A stretch of DNA of 64,000 nt from the human T2T-CHM13v2.0 reference genome, Homo sapiens. Numbering within the stretch: position 1 is the stretch's first letter; each line of letters opens with the position of its first letter. This document shows positions 42,955 through 55,992 of the stretch, piece after piece. A program made the position numbers and the translations under genes. A model generated the notes under the pieces. It searched no databases, was not told the DNA's origin, and worked only from the letters and a program-made list of their open reading frames with translations. Where the stretch lies: NCBI RefSeq assembly GCF_009914755.1, contig NC_060936.1, one strand, 5' to 3'.

Positions 42955-45900
42955 GGTGGGGGGTAAAGTGCTCTGATAGTCATATGCTGAGAGTTCTGGG
43001 CCTCTCAGCGTTTGTGCAAAGTTAGGGGATCACTCAACAATCAATTAACTAGCATAAAAGAGCAATTCAGAGAGGAGTCTATGCCCCTCTTTGGAGGGAC
43101 CTAGGAGGCCTATTCTTTGGGGAGTTCTTCATCAATGACAGCGATTTGAGAATAGGGAACCGAAAGATAGGGTGGCCACTTACAAGGCACACAAGCCAAC
43201 GTTTAGGGAAATTGGTGATTAACAGGAAATTATTGGACAAGTGCTTAATTTTTCAAGTAAGGATGTTTCTAGGTAACAATCCTGTTGTGGCCGCATGGTT
43301 CTGGGAAGTGGTAGACATGGGATTAAGCAGCTGCACTGGATAGTAATGATGTAATTGGGTTTCCAACATAATTTCCAGTCCTTCTACTGCTTCTGGGTGG
43401 TTTCAACGACTGTGTGACCTAAGTTTCATTTTGGCAGTCCATTTCAGCTGTACCATTGCTTTTCAACCATTACAAAGGTAGCTTGACTCTCTTTTTACAC
43501 TTAATTACTCAAATCTTTGTCCTTTAAATAAAATTGAGATATCCGTAGAGTCTGCCAATTAAGCATTTAGAGGAAACCACACACTCTTTGTGGAGAAAAG
43601 AAGGCCAAATTAGACAATCAAGTGTACCAAGAATTTGCCTAAATTTGGTATAATTTTGTTGAAGATTAATTTATTTTCATGGTGAGTTATGGTATTGCAT
43701 GAAAAGCACACTTTACTTTACTTGTACCTGACTGTCAAACAGCCATTACATGCGAAGGGCAGCCTGTATACAGGCTGGGTTTCCCCTTCCTGCTTGGGAA
43801 CAGGTACGGGGAACTGTTGGCATGAGTTGTTCTCCTTAGCTCGGCATATCTCACACACATATTGTAGTTCTATTCTCCAGTCTGTCTGTTCTACTCAGTG
43901 TGATTTCTTACTCATACATTCCAACATCTCTAGATTTTTCCTAATCTCTTCAAAGTCTCATTCAGTTGTCTTCCAGATATTTCCCTTCACATCCTTTCTT
44001 TTTTTTCCTTTGCCTTTCTCTTTGTTATTACCCTTTCTACATTTTCAAAATGAGTTTCATATGTCTCCAGTTGTTGCTGGGAAGTAGAATTAGATGGTCC
44101 TCTCTTCGTTCATCCACAGCCATTTTAGTGCACAGTGTTAAAATTATTTGTTTATGCATCTATTTCTTCCTTGAAGGAACTTTCATCCTTAATGTCTTCC
44201 TTGGCATCTAATGGGGACTTAATAGATGCCTATGTTTTTAACCATTGTAATTTTAGTAAGAACGTTTATTCTGCTTTCCTGATAGTCAATTCACAAACAG
44301 ACTTTTGCAACCCAACTCCCATATAGACTGAGGAGTTTCTGCAATGTGGTCAACTACAGCAAAAGGCTTTTTTTGTTACAAAACTCTAATCTTCATCTAC
44401 TTTGGCCCGACCTGAATTCCACTATAATTACCTTTACAACATATATCCTACCATCATCTTAAAAAGGCTTACTTCTGAACACATCCGCTGGCAGAAGATT
44501 TGTTTTGCTTTCTTTTCTAGGAAATTGTAGCTTAGCAAACTATGAGACTGTCTGACTTTAATTTTTCTTACTTTCTAACTGTTGATCTAATTTTTTTAAA
44601 GTAAATAGATTACCTTTAATTTGCTTATTATGCTCAATAATCACACATTAGCAATGTAATAATTTTAATAACAGAAAGTACATCTAAATCTCTACTGTTT
44701 GTATGTAAGTCCCATACCTGGGAGCCACAATACTTTCAAAAGTGCACATCAAAGTAATTGTTTTGTCTGGCGCCAGCACAAATTTCTGCTGGGAACTGCC
44801 CCATTTAATATAAATTATATTACCTGTGGAATTTAAAAGGATATAAGGTGTAGTGTGCCCTGCAGGCAGGAAATTTAAACTATGGATTGCCTTCTTTTTT
44901 TTTTAATCTCTGATTTATTCCTGTAATGTGGAATATTTAGCATCCCTAATTTCCATTTAATCTTTTTACAGGCATATTTTGAATTTTTCAGTCATAGGGA
45001 AGACAAAGTTAGAAATGCTATTATTCTCTCAGGCTAACTTGAGAATGAAAAATATCTAAAGCTAAGGGTGAAGTGGGAAAGAGATGTCATTATCTGAAGG
45101 AGTCTATTTAGAAACCAACCAACCAACAAAGAAAAAAAAGGGATGATGAAGAAAAACAGGGAACTTTGACCTAATTTAACCAAAAACCATCAAGCCTCAA
45201 ACCTGATGTCTTTGCCTCTTTTTTGCCTATATAGATGTGAATGTAGGAGTAGCACATCCACGGGCATGAATATGGAGATATAACCTCATCTCTGTAAATC
45301 CATTGAACATAGTTTTATACCCTGCTTAGAGGACCAAGATGTTACATTTTAAGCCTGTAGGAGTAAACACATGCAAACCCAGCTGTTCAGGTGGAGACCT
45401 CTGGCTTCCACATTCACACCCTCGGTGACCTATTTGGCTCACGTAGTCCTCTCTTAGGAGATGGCTGCATGCACATCGTCTTGGATGTTGAATGTACAGA
45501 ATACTTTCACTAGGACCAGTAAAAAGGGCAAATAAAGCTAACAGCACAAAAGAGGATATATTGAAAAGAGGTAGAGAGGAAGGAAGGAGAGAGAGCATAC
45601 ACTAGAGAAGAAAACTAGAGGAGCTAAAGACCAAAGCAATGAAGACGAGGCTCCTGTCCACCTCCCCTCTTTGTGTTCCAGGTGGTTCTTACACTCATTT
45701 TTACTCAGCCACAGCTGAAAACATGCTCCTTTCTCTGCCCTTAGTCAGGGGAAGAGGCCTCTGCTCAGTCTCTTAATTCAGTCATTGCCTAACCATTCTC
45801 ATGAAACAGGTCCCCATCACCAAGAGCAGATACCTTCTCCAGGTCTTTTTCTTTTTTGTTCAATAATCCAAGTATTCTCTCAAAGACTAATATTGCAGTC

Positions 45901-48900
45901 ATGAACAATAGTCACTGCTGACCGAGGTACTGCATTAAATCTTTTATATCTCACTTAAAAATCTTTACACCGTACTCACTCCTCACACCTACCACATAGA
46001 TTCTGTTGTCCCAATGTTATAGATTATTGAGTAAGATGTTCTGTATCTTTAGCCATGAATATGAACGCATGTAGTTGATAATTCTACATAAGATTTTGCT
46101 GTTTTTCCTTTGCTCCTGCATGCATTTCTCTCTGTTCGGTGTCTGTGGTCCCTGAGTTTTCATGACATCTTCTGGTAGGAACTTGGGGTACTAGGTCCTC
46201 AGACACTTTTTACAGTTTTCTCCTTTTTTTCTTTTTAAAACATCTTATTAGTTCTTGGAGTACTGTCCAACTGAAACTGAAATGCACATATCCATAGTTT
46301 TCTTTTGGTTTCTTATATGTGTCCTTTTGACTTATAAAAAAAAGGGGGCTAAATACCCTTTGTTCCAAGCGTTGACTGAATTCAAAGGCGCAAATTCAAC
46401 TCAAGTTTTTGAACTGTATAGACCAGTTAGTAGTAGCAATTAGTAGTCACTGAATGCCAGTGGTTAAGAGAGGTGGTGTTTAGCTTCCTTCCACCCCATT
46501 CTCTATTCACCTTTATCCTTTCAGCACTAGAGCCCCCACAGATTCTGCAGCAATGGGCAAGATCTTTGAGAGGAACAATATTAAGAAATAAGCCTTCAGA
46601 TATGCAGAGGACATTTTCTAAGCTTAAAAGCTGATATCGAACAATAGAACTATTTATTTCAAAACGACACTCCATGTATCCAACTCAATTGGTATACTTT
46701 GATGACTTACATTAGCATTTAAAGTACAAGCAAATTTTAGAAGATGCCTCTAGACTCAAGTGTTGGAGGTAGGGAGCAGCTGGTCTTTGTTGTTAGAAAA
46801 ACAGATATTCAAAGTTTGGGATAACAGATGAACCATCTCTACCACTTGACTTTAAAGTTAGTTTTTAGATAAGAAGATAGCTTAATAATGGGCTGGTTGT
46901 TGAGAGGATCAGCCTTCTAAAAACCTTAATATGCTTTCAGTCTTCCCTGGAAACAGGTGATAGGGTAATTAGCATCCACATCCTCTACTCAACAGAGCAG
47001 CTTCTCTGCTGGCACATTGCTTGGCAGGACTCCAGGGAAAGCTGTGTGATGACAGCAAGATTAAGATCCAGGAAGCAAAGCCGGGTCATATGCTCTAAGT
47101 TGTCCATTCCTTCTATTCTCTTAGCATGTTCGATTCCACAAACACGGCTTATTCCAAAAGCCAATCCTCCTAATGAGCATTCGGTCATTAGAATTTTCAT
47201 CAATACCAAACGGAATTACATTTGGGGCCCCTTTTGGTCTTTCTTGTCATACCTGAGATGATGAGATCCTTTATTCTCTAAGTGCCCCTTATGCACACAC
47301 AGAACCAGAGCATCCGTGTAGAAATAAGAACTTACCATGGTAAATGATCAGTATTGTTGAATCTCCAAGATGTGGGGTTCACCACATTTAACTGTATGTT
47401 TATTAACAATTCCATTCTAAAAATTATGTTACAAGCATGGCCAAACAGAAATGAAACTATGATAGTGGCATCTCTATACTAAAAGTCTACTCTCTATGGA
47501 TCTGGCCATATCTACACTTATAGATAATACGTTGTATGGAAGTTCTAGTGTCAGAGCTTCAGGCTGGTGATCCCTGATTTAGATACTGTATTAACTATAT
47601 CTTTCCACTAGTCTTTCTGTTTATGTTCTCTTTACAATCCCCAAACACCCAATAGTTTGCAACCCTTACCATACTTCACAGAATGATTCTTCAGGTAAAT
47701 GATAAATATTAAATTTTTAAATTTATGCATATTATTTTGGTAAGCTAATCAAATTTTTTATGTTAAAGTGAACTTGATATATTTTTATATTCTGTCATTT
47801 ATTTCTCCATTAAGTGCACAGCTTTAAAAATTTTCAGTGCTGCAAAAATAGGCCAAAAAGTGTGACCTCATCTATTTTAAATTTAAATAAATGAATGAAT
47901 ATGCAAATGAAAGAAAGAATGTCCCCTGGGAGCACTCTTCATGGTGGGCCTCAGCAAAATAAAGAACAAAAGCTTCTAGACCTTGCTTCCTGCTCCTGCT
48001 CTGTCTAGAACCCTTCTGAAAATCATTTCCTCCAATCTGTAGAGTGTCAGGGGAGTCTTAGATACTTGGGTCCTTTGCATTGTCCTGTTCATGCTGAATT
48101 ATCAGTTTTATTTAGCAGTTATAAGTGATTCACATTGAAGTTAAAGGAACAACCTGAGGAGGTATTGTTCACAGACAGCCAACCCTCAGAATGTGATTGA
48201 AAGCATAGGTTTTGATTCTGGAAAGAATCCTGGATTTGGAATCTATTCCTGGATTTAACGTCATGCCATAGCTCCATCAGCTATTTACTGGATGAGTCCC
48301 TCTTCCTCTCTGGCCCACAGTTTTCACAAGTCTAAAATGTGGATTCTCATAGGATGATCATGCCAAATGGGGCATTTTAGTTTCTAAAATGAGAACGTTA
48401 TTCATCTATATAAATATAAAGTTAAAATAGAAACTGTTTTAGGGTTGACAAAAACTCTCAAAGCAGTCCTTTAGCACTTCTGTGCCCCTGCTCTGAGGCA
48501 GGACCACTCTTAAATTCTTCCATTCAGATAAAAAATCTCTATTGTTTGAAAACACCTTCAGAGGAGATGTGGTAGGAATTTGCTTCACAAGCACAGTTAC
48601 ACTAGACGTTATTAAAACAAAAAGGTTTTAATTAATTACTTATAATCATGAGTCTCTTGTTTTCTGTGTAGTTCTCCACACAACAGTTCTTCTGTTCCTC
48701 CATTCCTTCCACCATTTTGTGCTATTTTTTCCTTCTGCCATTTTGTACCATTCTGCGGCAGTTTGCCTCTCCTTCCTTTTCTCTGGTCAACTCCTTCAGT
48801 GGTCTTCCCCATTTTAAACAAACTTCACTTCTCCGCTTTTCTCCGGGGTCAGTCATCTTGACTTCTGCACAGGAAGAAGATCCCCCAGTCTTCCTCAGCC

Positions 48901-49149
48901 ACTGAGTCCAATAAGTGCAATCCTTCTGGTAAGGAAACTTGCCTTCTTGTTGCAGTTGAAGCCCATTTTCTAATCTTATTTCTTCAGAGCCCATTTCAAA
49001 ACAGCTGGTTACCATCCTTTAGGTTAGTCCTTCCTAGACAGTACTTCAAAAACATTATATCACTTTTCAGTCATTTTTATCAAGCATGAGTTATAGAACT
49101 TCCTTTATCCTTTTCTCATAAGGTGTATTATTCAGCCTTTTAATAAGCA

Positions 49150-49380
49150 GCAGGGTGTAATTGAAAGAATATGGACTGTGTAGTTAGACCTAGGTTTGAA
49201 TCTGGGCCGTGTTACTCACTAGCTGTTTGACCCCACTCAGAGCTCATGACTTCTCTGAACGTAAGTTCCCTCATCTGTCAGGTGGGGTTCATGGGACCTG
49301 TCTCTCAGGGTCCCCATCACAGCTGATGTGTGTAGTGTTCCTGATGTGTCACCAGTGCTCTAAGAAGTGTTGGTTACCCT
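49150..49380 (+). mobile_element. MIR
   Basis: gacctaggtttgaatctgggc…gttccctcatctgt core. Confidence 0.7.
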
Positions 49381-49523
49381 TGCTCTTCCCTTTCGTTATA
49401 CTCTCCTCTACATCAGTTCACTATTTCCTGGCACTTATGGAGCCTAGGGTTGAACACAATGTTGAGAATTTGAAATAATTGTCTTTATTCATCCCCCTGC
49501 AACATGCTTTTTAAAAAATGTTT

Positions 49524-50176
49524 TGGAGAGGATGTGGAGAAACAGGAACACTTTTACACTGTTGGTGGGACTATAAACTAGTTCAACCATTGTGGAAGTC
49601 AGTGTGGCGATTCCTCAGGGATCTAGAACTAGAAATACCATTTGACCCAGCCATCCCATTACTGGCTATATACCCAAATGACTATGAATCATGCTGCTAT
49701 AAAGACACATGCACACGTATGTTTATTGCGGCATTATTCACAATAGCAAAGACTTGGAACCAACCCAAATGTCCAACAATGTTAGACTGGATTAAGAAAA
49801 TGTGGCACATATACACCATGGAATACTATGCAGCCATAAAAAATGATGAGTTCACGTCCTTTGTAGGGACAAGGATGAAATTGGAAATCATCATTCTCAG
49901 TAAACTATCGCAAGAACAAAAAACCAAACACCGCATATTCTCACTCATAGGTGGGAATTGAACAATGAGATCACATGGACACAGGAAGGGGAATATCACA
50001 CTCTGGGGACTGTTGTGGGGTGGGGGGAGGGGGGAGGGATAGCATTGGGAGAGATACCTAATGCTAGATGACGAGTTAGTGGGTGCAGCGCACCAGCACG
50101 GCACATGTATACATATGTAACTAACCTGCACAATGTGCACATGTACCCTAAAACTTAAAGTATAATTAAAAAAAAA
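49524..50176 (+). mobile_element. 5'-truncated young L1 (L1PA2-like): ORF2 C-terminus and 3' UTR
   Basis: ORF 49518-49961 is the L1 ORF2p C-terminus (HCWW…SLIGGN); G-rich 3' UTR; GAG rather than ACA/ACG at the Ta diagnostic site; TSD aaaaaatgttttgg at 49513-49526 and 50171-50184. Confidence 0.93.
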
Positions 50177-50184
50177 TGTTTTGG

Positions 50185-50525
<341 letters not shown>

Positions 50526-50581
50526 TAGATCTCTTCTGAGGTATTCATGCCATATGCCCCATCCTGATGTCATATCCACAG

Positions 50582-50653
50582 GACAATCTACTACCAAGAA
50601 CCAGCTCCAAGAAGAAAACATCTCTGGGAAACAGTACCAAAAGGAGTCACTGA
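50582..50653 (+). CDS. HMGA2: HMGA2 short-isoform terminal exon, coding part DNLLPRTSSKKKTSLGNSTKRSH* (106-aa isoform)
   Basis: catatccacag|GAC AAT CTA…CAC TGA; recognised HMGA2 isoform b C-terminus. Confidence 0.93.
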   Translation, partial: DNLLPRTSSKKKTSLGNSTKRSH

Positions 50654-51026
50654 ATTGTCATTGGAGGAGTCCAGGATAGCTCTTCATGTTATTTTCACCT
50701 TGAGGAATTGTCCATTACATCTATGAGCCTTATGTGTGGCTTTCTCCGATATAGAAACCTATCAGGTGTCTTTTAGATCATTTCAAAACACTGGCTTATT
50801 CTTTCTTATGTTTCCAACTGAAGTCTGCATCCCAAGATGTAGTTTCACTGCTACCCCATATGGCACCCTTGTACGAATTTGAAAAAAGTACTCACTCTAG
50901 GCACATGCAGAGCCATGCCTGCGGGGACAGCTTAGAGAGTAGAGGGTGGGCTGAACTCCAGTTACTCTCGTACAGGGATCCACCTTTTTGCAGAAATCAC
51001 AGTGTGGCTATGGTGTGGTTTGATTT

Positions 51027-51032
51027 CATAAA
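51027..51032 (+). terminator. Probable variant polyA signal (CATAAA) of the short-isoform exon
   Basis: First PAS-like hexamer noticed after the stop, followed by a GU/U-rich stretch (51051-51070). Confidence 0.45.
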
Positions 51033-52329
51033 ACAGATGCTTAAAAAGTATTCACTGTCTCTGTCTCTTCAGTGCCATGTAATATCACATGACTTTCCTT
51101 TCTCATTCCATTGGTATTTTCCTGTGTCTTTTATCCTCTGTGCAGTTTGTCAGTAACATTTCATTCCCAGCTTCAGATGGGCTGCCATGACTTCTGCCAG
51201 TTCCAGCTATTTCTTTGGATGCACCTTTGAATACCTACCTTGACTTACATTTTTTTGTTTTGTGGAGTTACTCTTTGGGTTTAAATTTTGGACATTTGGG
51301 TATTAACCCAAATAGATTTTGCTTAAAATGTCCACATTCTATTAACAGATTCTTAGTAATAGCAAATTGGCAAAATCAAGATAGTTAATTCATATTAACG
51401 TTGCTTCCCCCTCTTCTCTACCACGCCTCTAGAGATGACTTAACTGAGCATCCAAATGACCTAACCCAGGGTACTGGAGGGAAAGGGGGAATGGGTGACC
51501 ATCAGTCTTAAATAATCTACACACTAATAACCTTCCTAGGAGGTGAGAGTCCAGTCGTTCTAAGAGGAGTACCGTGCTGTCATCCTTGCCAGAAAAGAAG
51601 ATCCTTTTATACTAGGCCCACAACTTTGAACAAGTCCCCCACAGAACAGTAAGGGAGTGCAGTGGACCATTACATTTTCCAGGGCTCAACCAAATTGGTT
51701 CTGGTGATCAATGAAGCTGCAAGTCTGAGGCAGCTGGTTCCATGTTCAGTAACTGATAGGTATTCTTACATTCATCTCAAGGAGGTAGAAGAATACTTTA
51801 ATATAAAAAAGTGTGTAAAAAGGGATGAAGATTAAGAAGTGGAAAACTTGAAGATAAGCCAGAGGCAAAATTTCCTGACAGCATGATGTACTGGACTGCA
51901 GATAGGTCTTTTGATGGATATGCTTGAAATTCCATTGTTACATTTATCTTGTCTGCATTTTTCTGCATTTATTTCTAATGTGTCTGCTAGGCCAGTACCT
52001 CTCTGGGAACATAATATAAAAACAACTATTAAGTAAATAGAAAAGCTTAAACAATACGCATATAACTCCAGCTTGAAGCATTTTTTAATGCTTTATAAAT
52101 CACTAGAAAACACGTGACAGGAACTATTCCTGATCAGTCTTAGGATGTGCAGGATGCCCCAAGAAGCTTTTCCTGTTTACTACTTTTTTGAGTGTATGAA
52201 TATATGTTTTTTGACTTTGAGATAGTTAATATCCAGAAGAGTTCTTTGGCTATGGAAATAGCCTTGAAGGCTTGGGTCTGGGAAAATAATAGAGAGAAAG
52301 AGTTACTAGGGCTTAGTAGAAGAATTGAG

Positions 52330-52990
52330 GGAAGGATGCAGGGAAAAGCGGACAATAAATAGAAAGAGGAAGCTGGTGAAGGTAGACTTTGGCAGCTGGG
52401 GCAGCGGCACTTGGGCCGCTTATGTGAGGTAGCCCGCAGAGGCACCTTTGGGTGGAGAGAGAATAAAATCTGGTTTTGACACGTTTGTTTTAGATGGCAA
52501 TGAAATGTCTAGCCTATATATTTTGTAGACACTGAGAAATAAGGGACTGAAAAGAGGAAGAGGTGTCAGGGCTGAAGATGGAAATCTGGGGCTCATCTGA
52601 GTATAGGTGGTAATTGAATCCTTATGGCTGCACTAAGGGAATAAGTAGAGAAGGAAAAGATGGGCTAGGAGCCCCTGGCTGAACCCCAGGGGCACTAAGT
52701 GGTAATGCATGGAGGGAGGGGGAGAAGTTAAAAGAAGGAAGAAAAAGCAGACAGAAATATCTGAGGAGTCCCAGGGCCTAAGGTCCCTGCCACTGAGGCC
52801 GTGAGAATGTTGAGAAGGCAGCACAGATCCCTGGAACGGGATTGCCGCTAAGAAGTTAAGTAAGAAGCCATGGTGTTTGACAGCTTCCATAAAAGCAAAT
52901 GACAAAAGCTAGGACTGCAGAGAGGTGAAACCAGGGCCTAATCTGGATCTGGTCTGGATTGTTTCCTCCATGCTCTCTAGCACAGAGCTT
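52330..52990 (-). mobile_element. L2 fragment
   Basis: Purine-rich reverse L2 body (gggctgaagatggaaatctgggggctcatc…gaaccccaggggcac). Confidence 0.6.
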
Positions 52991-55900
52991 TATAAGACAG
53001 TGTTGGTTTAACGAATGAGGGAGGGAATGAGGGAATGACTGAATCAAGCAAGTAAGCAGATATAGAAACATGGGCGTTTTCATAAAGCAGAGTACTCAAC
53101 AGTGCCTGTGAGCATCACTGACAGGCCAAACACATAAAACAGGCAGAAGGGAGAAAAGGAATTGAGAAAAAGAAGGACAAGGAAGAGACAGAAGGGGGAA
53201 GGAAAGAGCAGTAAGAACTGAAAAAGGCTGGAGTTTCCTGGAGTGTGCAGTTGTGGAGCCCTAGATCTGTGGGTTTGGCCCTTACTTTGCTCGTATCTCT
53301 AGTTGTTTCTTTGACATTCATCTTGTGTCTGTGATGAAACTTTAAGTTTCTTAGTAAAGACAAGAACTACTATTGTGTATCTCTTTAGTACCTAATACAA
53401 TTCTACAAGCATTTACTTTATTCTTGATAACAGGTGGAGAGAAAGAAAGCAGGTTTTCAGTAATTTATAAAAGTGAAGAATTATCTAGAAATGTAGTCAG
53501 TGAAAACATCCAGTTTTGATAAGTCAAACTAAAACATCCATTCTTCACTCAGAGTAGGCTTTTAAACTTGGATTTTCTAAGTAATTTACTCAAAGCCCTC
53601 TCTCTCAAAGACCCTCTTGTGAAATGCCCTTGTGAAGTGCTTGTGAAATGGCCTTTTGAGTTAGCTCCACAAAATGTCCTTCCTAATCTTAGCAAAATGA
53701 AGAAATGGGTCAAAATGATTTGAAATATGCTTCTCTGTCTCTTCCTTCACCTCTTTTTGGTTTCATTTTCGTAAGAGTACCTGTCAGCATTTGCAGAAGA
53801 ATTAAAGGCAGTGTCGTTCTGGAGGGAAATCACATGTTCCTTTAATTTTGTGATGGAAGGACTTATAAAGAGAAGTGGAGCTTGGTTAGAAAGGGGAGAT
53901 GTGCACATAGGAAATGTAAGCAGGGCTGGTGAGAAAACTTGGTGGTGGCGTTTAATTAATTTTGAAACTGGGAAATAGTTCTACAGTTAATCTGTAAGTT
54001 TTTTTATGTTGAATGCTTGGAAAATTTCAACTTTTTTATTTTCAGACACTTTGTATGCAGTGATGACATAAATAAGAAAAATGGCCTTGAAAACATCAAA
54101 AATGTAATTTTCACCTTCTTATGCTTTAAAAACACCTGAATGCACTTTTCTCAAACTTTTAAGAAAAGAAACAAAACTCAGATTTTGGTAAAGATCAAGA
54201 TGAATGGTGTTGACAAATTTCAGGAGGCTGGAGAGTCTGAAAATAGTCTTATGGATGACATCTGTATGTAACTTTTTAATGCTCTACCACAGATGCTCCC
54301 ATAAGGGCAACAGAGAAATAGCTGGAAAAGGTAACAATGTTACTTATTTTATTAAATACGTAAGAATTGTTTGCATCCATTTCCTGGCAGTATTTCCTAT
54401 TTTTAGGAGTGAGGTGAATGATGTTGTAGAGCTGGAGATACCAGTGGGCTGACTACAATTTTCAAAGCACCTTGAGATGTAAAAAAATGTTTCTGTAGGA
54501 GGGAAGGGGTACGGTTCTGATAAATCTCTCAGCAGGATGAAAAAGAAAAGGGAGGTCTAGACAGTCTTGTTTCATCTAATAGAATTTTCCCACAGAAGAT
54601 GGGCAAACATCAGATAAGAACATTTATCAGACCTCACACATTTTACAGCCATATCCCTTTGGGAACATTGCGCAGCATAGACTTGCTAAGTCCTGAAAAT
54701 GGAAGACAGAAAGCACTATAAAAAATATGGACTGGCGCCCTGAAAAACCAGTCTTTATTACTCACCCTAACATATACATTTGGCATTTTGGTGTACTTGT
54801 TAAATGATACATAAAACCGTATCACTAATGAAAATACAGCAGTAGTCCATGAGCTCTTGGCTCAAAAGAAAGCAAAAGTAAATTAAGCAAAATATCTACT
54901 TTAAAAAAAAAATGGTAGTAGTCCCATTGGACCCACTTTCCTATTCTGCTCTTGCCTGATTTTCATAACAGTGGGTGAATGCAGAGATGCTTTAGTAGTA
55001 AGTGCAGGTGATGCCAGGGCAGATTTTTGCCAATGAAATAAGAATTTAAGAAAAATGTTAAATTCATGTAATGTTATTTCAAAGGCTAATCCAATAATTC
55101 TTAAACATTTATGTAAATCTGCCATTTTCTCACTCTGGAAGACAGATAAAGAGAACCACGTGAGAAGATATAGCATGTTCTATTACTTGCCATTAAATTG
55201 ATAAGAATTACAATGTCTGTGAATCCATCAATACCACTGAAGGACATGCAGTGGAATCAAATAGGTGGCAGAATAGCTATATGAATCACATAATATAACA
55301 AATCTTTTCACCAGATGGTGTTCAGATTTGCTGTTTATTTGTGGCTTATTTAATATTATCCTGCTTTTCCTCAATCCACAAAGGATTCAAAGCTTCTTAC
55401 AAAGAACACCTTGGGCCTCAGGCAACCAGTTTTTAATGACGAAAGATGGACTCTGAAGTCCATGACATTTAGTAATTTGTCACTTTTCTTGTGCACAAAG
55501 TTGAATTCTGGCTCCGGGAAGCTGATGTTTGGGAGAAAATCATTTAGTTGTGGATGAAGTGAGCCAATACATAGCTGGTAGTCCCAATATGACTTGTTTG
55601 TTTCCTAATTTGAGTTTACATAGTAACTCTTTTAAAGAAACAAAACCATTTTTTAGTGGTGGGGGAGTTCTTTGTGAAAATAGCCGTGAAGTGAGAGATG
55701 AGTCCGGGGTAGAAGCTGGAAAAGGAGTTAACTTGCAGTCTGAGGATGTGCACAGGAAACGCTTGCCTCTAGATAGTAATACAGTTTCAGGAGAGATCTC
55801 CAAACCTGAGTGAACTATTTCCTGGATTCTTAAGTTTAGAGACTGTGAATCTGGGGGCTTGCCAAGTCCTCAAAAACATCAAGGGCCTACTAAAATATAA

Positions 55901-55992
55901 TAGAAAATCTAGAATAAAAAAAGAGAAAAAGACAAGGAACATGTAGATTTGTTTAGAATGCGTATTTTAGGTGCAATTCTCCTATTACCAAC

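Noticed and set aside
47332-47343. 12-bp palindrome TTACCATGGTAA giving donor-like sites on both strands
   Set aside because: About 16 palindromes of this length are expected by chance in 64 kb; no partner acceptor established.
49518-49961. 147-aa ORF as a host gene
   Set aside because: It is the C-terminal remnant of L1 ORF2 in a 5'-truncated copy.
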